33,474 nucleotides of DNA. It comes from Cladosporium halotolerans. Lineage: Eukaryota. Position 1 is the stretch's first letter, and each line of letters begins with the position of its first letter. Below, one piece after another: positions 31,101-33,474 of this stretch. The stretch lies in assembly GCF_011745625.1 (NCBI RefSeq), contig NW_027191489.1, positions 186,001 through 219,474 of the forward strand, in the 5' to 3' direction. The notes beneath the pieces were generated by a model. It did no database searches and had not been told where the DNA came from. It saw only the letters and a program-made list of their open reading frames with translations. A program made the position numbers and the translations under genes.

Positions 31101-32510
31101 ATGTCTGCCGGCTCGGTTTGGGGCAAAATTGTCCTAGACAATCCAGCAAAATACCATTGCGGTCCCAATGACCCGGTCACAGGCCACGTAGCACTGACAT
31201 ATCGACCTCGGGGATATCATCGCGACGTTGCCGACCTTCAGAGCTTGTTTGGACCTTTAATAATTTATGTCACATTCTACGGAAGAGCAAAGACGAAGAT
31301 CCACAAAAGCAATGGCAATACATCTTCGACATACCGCGGCAGAGCTCCGCTGTTTGAGCAGCGGATCAAGATTCACGAAGGACCATACTCATCCAAGCCT
31401 GGGGAATGCGTTGAATTCCCTTTCGCATTCAACTTCCCAGAAGCGACACAGCCCATGCCGAATCCAGGCGACTTTCGTCCAGATCGTCGATTCCACGAGG
31501 AGCACGGAGGCCCTCTACCGCCTACGTTTACCGGAGGTGGCATTGGCTTTACGAAGTCGACGAAGGCATTCGTCGAGTACCGTCTGACAGCCACTGCAAA
31601 TATGCCTGGCATTGACGTGGACATCCATGGGTTTGGTCGCGATGACCACAGCCCTGAGGTACTTTACGAGCAGCCACGTTTGCCACTATCACGACTCCAA
31701 TCTCCAGAAGCCCAGCAGTTCTGCAACTCCATCATATTGCAGAACGAAAATCTCCTTCCGGAGAGCGATCGTCCGACCGGTTTCCGCCAAAAGACCAAGT
31801 TTCTATTCTCATCGGAGCAGTACCCAACGTACGTCTTCGACATCATGGTGACCGCTCCCTCAGACATCTACATGGGGCAGCCGCTCACTTTTGAGCTTTC
31901 CGTGCACCCAAACTTCAACAGATGCAATGCACCGCTACCGCCGGAAATCCGGTTGCGGTGGCTGCGTGTCGAGCTGCGAGGAGAGACCGAGTTCCGCGCT
32001 GAGTACGGCTTACTTTCAGCACCCGAGAGCAGCACGACGGAACGCATCCCGCCGCTCGCCACTATGATATTAGACCCAGAGGTGCCGTTTTGCAAAGCCA
32101 ATGACCATACAAAAACTGTGCGCACGCGCGACACCGTCGTCAACATCGGCAGCTCGTTTACCACCTACAACATCAGCCGGCAATACACACTAAGGATCGA
32201 GTACTGCATATTTGCGGCCGGCAAGGAGAACCATTGCAAGAAGGTCTTACCAGTGAGGGTTCTCTCGCCGCTGGACGATGGCACTACGATGTTGAGAACG
32301 CAGCCTGGAGCGCCTGTGCCCCAGGTTGCTGAATCGTCTTCCTCAGCTGCTGCCAGAATGTCGCGCGAGTCTGAAAACGCCGCTGCGCCTCAAATAACTG
32401 CAGAGACTCTGCCGCATTACGAGCAACCACCGGGATACGACCAGGCTCTCGAGTCTCGGACTGAAAACGATCTACCGGTTGATAGCAAAGGTGGAAAAGG
32501 GAAGGCTTAG
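31101..32510 (+). CDS. Arrestin-like (alpha-arrestin N-domain) protein with PY motifs (469 aa)
   Basis: DPVTGHVAL, FYGRAKTKI..YRGRAPLF, EFPFAFNFP, LPPTF..AFVEYRL, SFTTYNISRQYTL; C-terminal LPHY and PPGY motifs. ATG at 31101 in CACCATG context. Confidence 0.8.
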   Translation: MSAGSVWGKIVLDNPAKYHCGPNDPVTGHVALTYRPRGYHRDVADLQSLFGPLIIYVTFYGRAKTKIHKSNGNTSSTYRGRAPLFEQRIKIHEGPYSSKPGECVEFPFAFNFPEATQPMPNPGDFRPDRRFHEEHGGPLPPTFTGGGIGFTKSTKAFVEYRLTATANMPGIDVDIHGFGRDDHSPEVLYEQPRLPLSRLQSPEAQQFCNSIILQNENLLPESDRPTGFRQKTKFLFSSEQYPTYVFDIMVTAPSDIYMGQPLTFELSVHPNFNRCNAPLPPEIRLRWLRVELRGETEFRAEYGLLSAPESSTTERIPPLATMILDPEVPFCKANDHTKTVRTRDTVVNIGSSFTTYNISRQYTLRIEYCIFAAGKENHCKKVLPVRVLSPLDDGTTMLRTQPGAPVPQVAESSSSAAARMSRESENAAAPQITAETLPHYEQPPGYDQALESRTENDLPVDSKGGKGKA

Positions 32511-32933
32511 TTGACTAGCGCAAGCTGAGTGGTCCGGAGCTGATGCCGGCAAGCTCGACGATATCCCATCTACGTTAGATATTTACCCTTTTAGCGTAGA
32601 TACCCAATCGCATAACGCCGACGTCTTTAAACTCTCTCATAGATTCACGAGCATATCCACATCTTTCGTCATCTCAGATCTGCCGCCAGGCCGTGCGTCA
32701 CGCCCGTACCTGACGATCGCAAAAGTCTAGCCGCGAGCGACGTCACCATCTGGTCGATGGTCGCGATTCGTCCTCAAATGTAAGAAACGTATCTGTTCAC
32801 AAACATCCTGCGCCAAACCATCCCCGTGAAATGTCAATGCCATTAGTTACATGACCACATGCTCTCCTCTAATCTTCGATTCATCCTAGAATCCTCACAT
32901 CCGACCAACGCCCGTCGCCTCCCCACCCCAACC

Positions 32934-33474
32934 ATGGCATCCCAAACCTCCTCAAGCCAGCAACAACCCCAGCAGCCCAAACAACAGCTCTGGTCCTCAA
33001 TCGCCCGCGACCCCTCCTACACCGGCGGCGCCCGCACCTTCGCAAGCACCCAGCCCACCCCCTCCTCCTCCCAACCCAACCACCCCCGCCGCGCCCGCAG
33101 CCCCTCCCACACCCCCAAAACCACGCACTCGCAGCCCGAGCCCGTCTACGTCCTCACGCTGCAAACGGACCCCGCGCACCACGCGCGCATGACCGCGCTG
33201 CGGGACAAATACTTCCCGCGGCACCTCAACCGCCTGCAAGCGCACCTGACGCTCTTCCACGCGCTGCCGGCGAGCAAACTCCCCACCGCCGTGGTGCCCG
33301 CGCTGCGGCGCGTGGCGGGCGGCACGGCGCCGTTCGACGTCCACGCGAGCGAGCCGTTCAGGCTGAAGAAGGGCGTTGCGGTGGGGGTGGCGGGGGCGCG
33401 GGGCGGGGAGAGAGCGAGGGAGGTGAGGGCCGCGTTGTTGGGGGCTTGGGAGGGGGAGGGGTGGTTGAGCGAGC
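32934..33474 (+). CDS. 2H phosphoesterase / 2'-5' RNA ligase superfamily protein, 3'-truncated by the window end
   Basis: Absent from the ORF track because no stop lies in the window. ACCATGG start at 32934; translation includes VYVLTLQTDPAHHARMTALRDKYFPRHLNRLQAHLTLFHALP with the first HxT motif (HLT). Confidence 0.8.
   Translation, partial: MASQTSSSQQQPQQPKQQLWSSIARDPSYTGGARTFASTQPTPSSSQPNHPRRARSPSHTPKTTHSQPEPVYVLTLQTDPAHHARMTALRDKYFPRHLNRLQAHLTLFHALPASKLPTAVVPALRRVAGGTAPFDVHASEPFRLKKGVAVGVAGARGGERAREVRAALLGAWEGEGWLSE

Noticed and set aside
28947..33474. Secondary-metabolite cluster around the 2OG-Fe(II) oxygenase
   Set aside because: No PKS, NRPS, terpene synthase, transporter or cluster regulator in the window; neighbours are unrelated.
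1..33474. tRNA/rRNA genes, transposons, RIP-degraded repeats, TGA-CTA peroxisomal readthrough signals
   Set aside because: None seen by eye: no cloverleaf motifs, transposase/RT ORFs, terminal repeats or AT-rich RIP tracts, and no annotated stop is followed by CTA plus a PTS1. Small ncRNAs could have been missed without covariance-model searches.

Overview
Gene-dense eukaryotic DNA from a filamentous ascomycete (short GT-AG introns with CTRAY-type branch points; Dothideomycete-like by impression, not proven). I find 15 protein-coding genes, the last truncated by the window end: a Pro-rich single-pass membrane protein, a SnoaL/NTF2-like protein, a standalone RIB2-type deaminase, a DNAJC9-like J protein, STE14/ICMT, an HPD-motif hypothetical, VPS72/YL1, SNX41-like sorting nexin, an OGFr-domain protein, a 13-exon secreted Thr-rich repeat protein, a WBP2-like protein, a SIT4-associated (SAPS) protein, a 2OG-Fe(II) oxygenase, an arrestin-like protein and a 2H phosphoesterase. 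No tRNA, rRNA, CRISPR array or transposon was recognised. The most unusual signals are at the RNA-processing level: (1) the repeat protein is built from symmetric 75-nt, one-repeat-per-exon cassettes, with related introns, a GC donor and many AAG acceptors; (2) the small SnoaL-like gene shows several possible isoform switches (upstream presequence ATG, in-frame alternative donor adding an aromatic segment, an 88-codon open frame behind its UAG); (3) the SAPS gene has two alternative C-termini and a uORF; (4) several genes switch from C-ending to G/T-ending synonymous codons along their length. All exon structures and family calls were made by eye from splice signals, frame arithmetic and motif recognition; none was checked against transcripts or databases.
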